From Firmicutes bacterium UBA7523 (GTDB lineage Bacteria > Bacillota > Dethiobacteria > Dethiobacterales > Dethiobacteraceae): 64,000 nt of DNA. Below the pieces are notes generated by a model, which was not told the DNA's origin, ran no database searches, and worked only from the letters and a program-made list of their open reading frames with translations. The DNA lies in assembly GCA_002479415.1 (NCBI GenBank), contig DLMZ01000047.1, forward strand, positions 2,984-66,983. The letters run 5' to 3'. Each line of letters starts with the position of its first letter. Within the stretch, counting starts at the first letter, position 1. Below are positions 63,221-64,000 of the stretch, in pieces. The position numbers and the translations under genes are program-made.

Positions 63221-63850
63221 ATGACAATACGGGTTAAGTCAACAGACGTTGTATCGCCGCCGGTAATACAGAAACCGACCTTGGCTAGGAGCGCAACCCC
63301 AACCTTCATCATGTCAACGATGAAGCCATCGCTGATAGATGATGAGCCGCTACAATTCCGGGTGCAGGTTTTTGAAGATGAGCAGATGCAGGACATGATA
63401 TCAGAGGTGAGTTCGGCTGATAATCCTGAATCATTTGAATTTAGCTTAGACAAGGGCGCATCTTGGAGTCCTTTTCCGGAGGGCGGGCTTGGTGACGCTG
63501 AATGGGGAGCTATGCTGAGGTGTAAGGTGAGTATTGGCCCTCGGAATCAGGTCTGGGTACGAACGGGGACAGGGCTAAAGTTTAGCGAGAGCATTTCAGG
63601 GTTCGTTTATGACCTGCTGTTGCAACCACTAGAAGGGGTCACGGTCTACGCAATAGACAAGCTTGGGGGTGGACCAATTGTGAGCACGCAATCAAAAGAT
63701 GACGGAGCATATACGCTTTCCGTTGACCCCGGAGCGTATGTCGTTGTGGCCGAAAAGTCGGGCTATATAACAGAAATACAGGAAAACATTGTTGTAAACG
63801 AGTGCGAAAAGGTGGTAGATGCTAACTTTGCACTTGAGCAGATTGTGTAG
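63221..63850 (+). CDS. Tail-module protein with C-terminal carboxypeptidase-regulatory-like beta-sandwich
   Basis: ATG follows TAGGAGTG. The C-terminal G.V.D....PL.GVTVYA.........T.S..DG.Y.L.V.PG.Y.V.A.K.GY pattern. Confidence 0.45.
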   Translation: MTIRVKSTDVVSPPVIQKPTLARSATPTFIMSTMKPSLIDDEPLQFRVQVFEDEQMQDMISEVSSADNPESFEFSLDKGASWSPFPEGGLGDAEWGAMLRCKVSIGPRNQVWVRTGTGLKFSESISGFVYDLLLQPLEGVTVYAIDKLGGGPIVSTQSKDDGAYTLSVDPGAYVVVAEKSGYITEIQENIVVNECEKVVDANFALEQIV

Positions 63851-63886
63851 TGGTCGATAAAAAGCGTAAGAGGGGCGGGGGATTAA

Positions 63887-64000
63887 ATGGAAAAGCTTGA
63901 AGTTTTCGCGGAGAGAGTAGACACCCTGGGGCGCAGGGTGAGCTCACACAGCGAACGTTTGGACGAACTTGACAAAGTGCAGGCTCAGCAAGGTCAGAAA
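63887..64000 (+). CDS. Hypothetical coiled-coil protein (3' end outside window)
   Basis: ATG at 63887; open to the window end. Confidence 0.3.
   Translation, partial: MEKLEVFAERVDTLGRRVSSHSERLDELDKVQAQQGQK

Larger units (their letters stand above)
15830..64000. mobile_element. Prophage (siphovirus-type, serine-recombinase integrating) inserted in sigK; right end beyond window
   Basis: Contiguous recombinase, lysogeny switch, recombination/replication, terminase, portal, MuF, capsid, tail tube, tape measure and tail-tip modules. The left boundary is inferred from the loss of sigK similarity at about 15.83 kb. Confidence 0.85.

Noticed and set aside
1-64000. Searched by eye for CRISPR arrays, reverse transcriptase/DGR template-variable repeat pairs near the tail fibre genes, and transposase/IS ends
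   Set aside because: No regularly spaced direct repeats, no RT-like ORF (YxDD) and no transposase-like ORF were found. The only recombinase is the serine recombinase at the sigK junction.

Overview
The window holds about 15.8 kb of conserved chromosome from an endospore-forming Firmicute (Clostridia/Peptococcaceae-like, which is only a guess). This is followed by more than 48 kb of a siphovirus-type prophage inserted inside the sporulation sigma-factor gene sigK; its right end lies beyond the window. All family assignments come from motif recognition by eye, with no database search run. Start codons were adjusted only where I could see an RBS.

Host part, almost all on the + strand: lipid kinase (partial), fbaB, a BirA-operator-controlled bioY, a MarR regulator, thiE (-), coaE, an SLT transglycosylase, yebC and an AI-2E permease. 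Then comes the Bacillus-like block alaS-ireB-ruvX-DUF1292-mltG-U32 peptidase-PBP, followed by the 5' segment of pro-sigma-K.

At about 15.83 kb the sigK frame breaks. A convergent large serine recombinase (SpoIVCA-like) begins an apparently complete temperate phage:
- a lysogeny operon (XRE repressor, ImmA-like protease, lipoprotein, small membrane protein, tRNA-Leu(UAA))
- a divergent-promoter switch with repeated operators
- a cro-like gene and a recombination module (Rad50-like ATPase, RecT, MBL nuclease)
- PcfK/PcfJ/DUF3102-type genes
- a PAPS-reductase-like gene, a Spo0E-like ORF missing from the track, an HNH nuclease and a C5 methyltransferase
- a replication organizer with internal iterons, and a DnaC-like loader
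- the packaging, head and tail modules

Most unusual observations:
1. The large terminase gene is broken at its nuclease active site by an intein. Its N- and C-splicing halves lie in different frames, and a free-standing HNH gene with its own RBS sits between them (a fractured-gene or split-intein arrangement).
2. The MuF-like head-morphogenesis gene carries a contiguous 326-codon intein. Its interior is the exact codon-for-codon antisense of a Vsr-like endonuclease gene with its own RBS on the opposite strand.
3. The same MuF protein ends in a DUF6883-like domain, followed by a small DUF4926-like partner (toxin/immunity-like).
4. A sigK-splitting prophage also encodes a Spo0E-like phosphatase.
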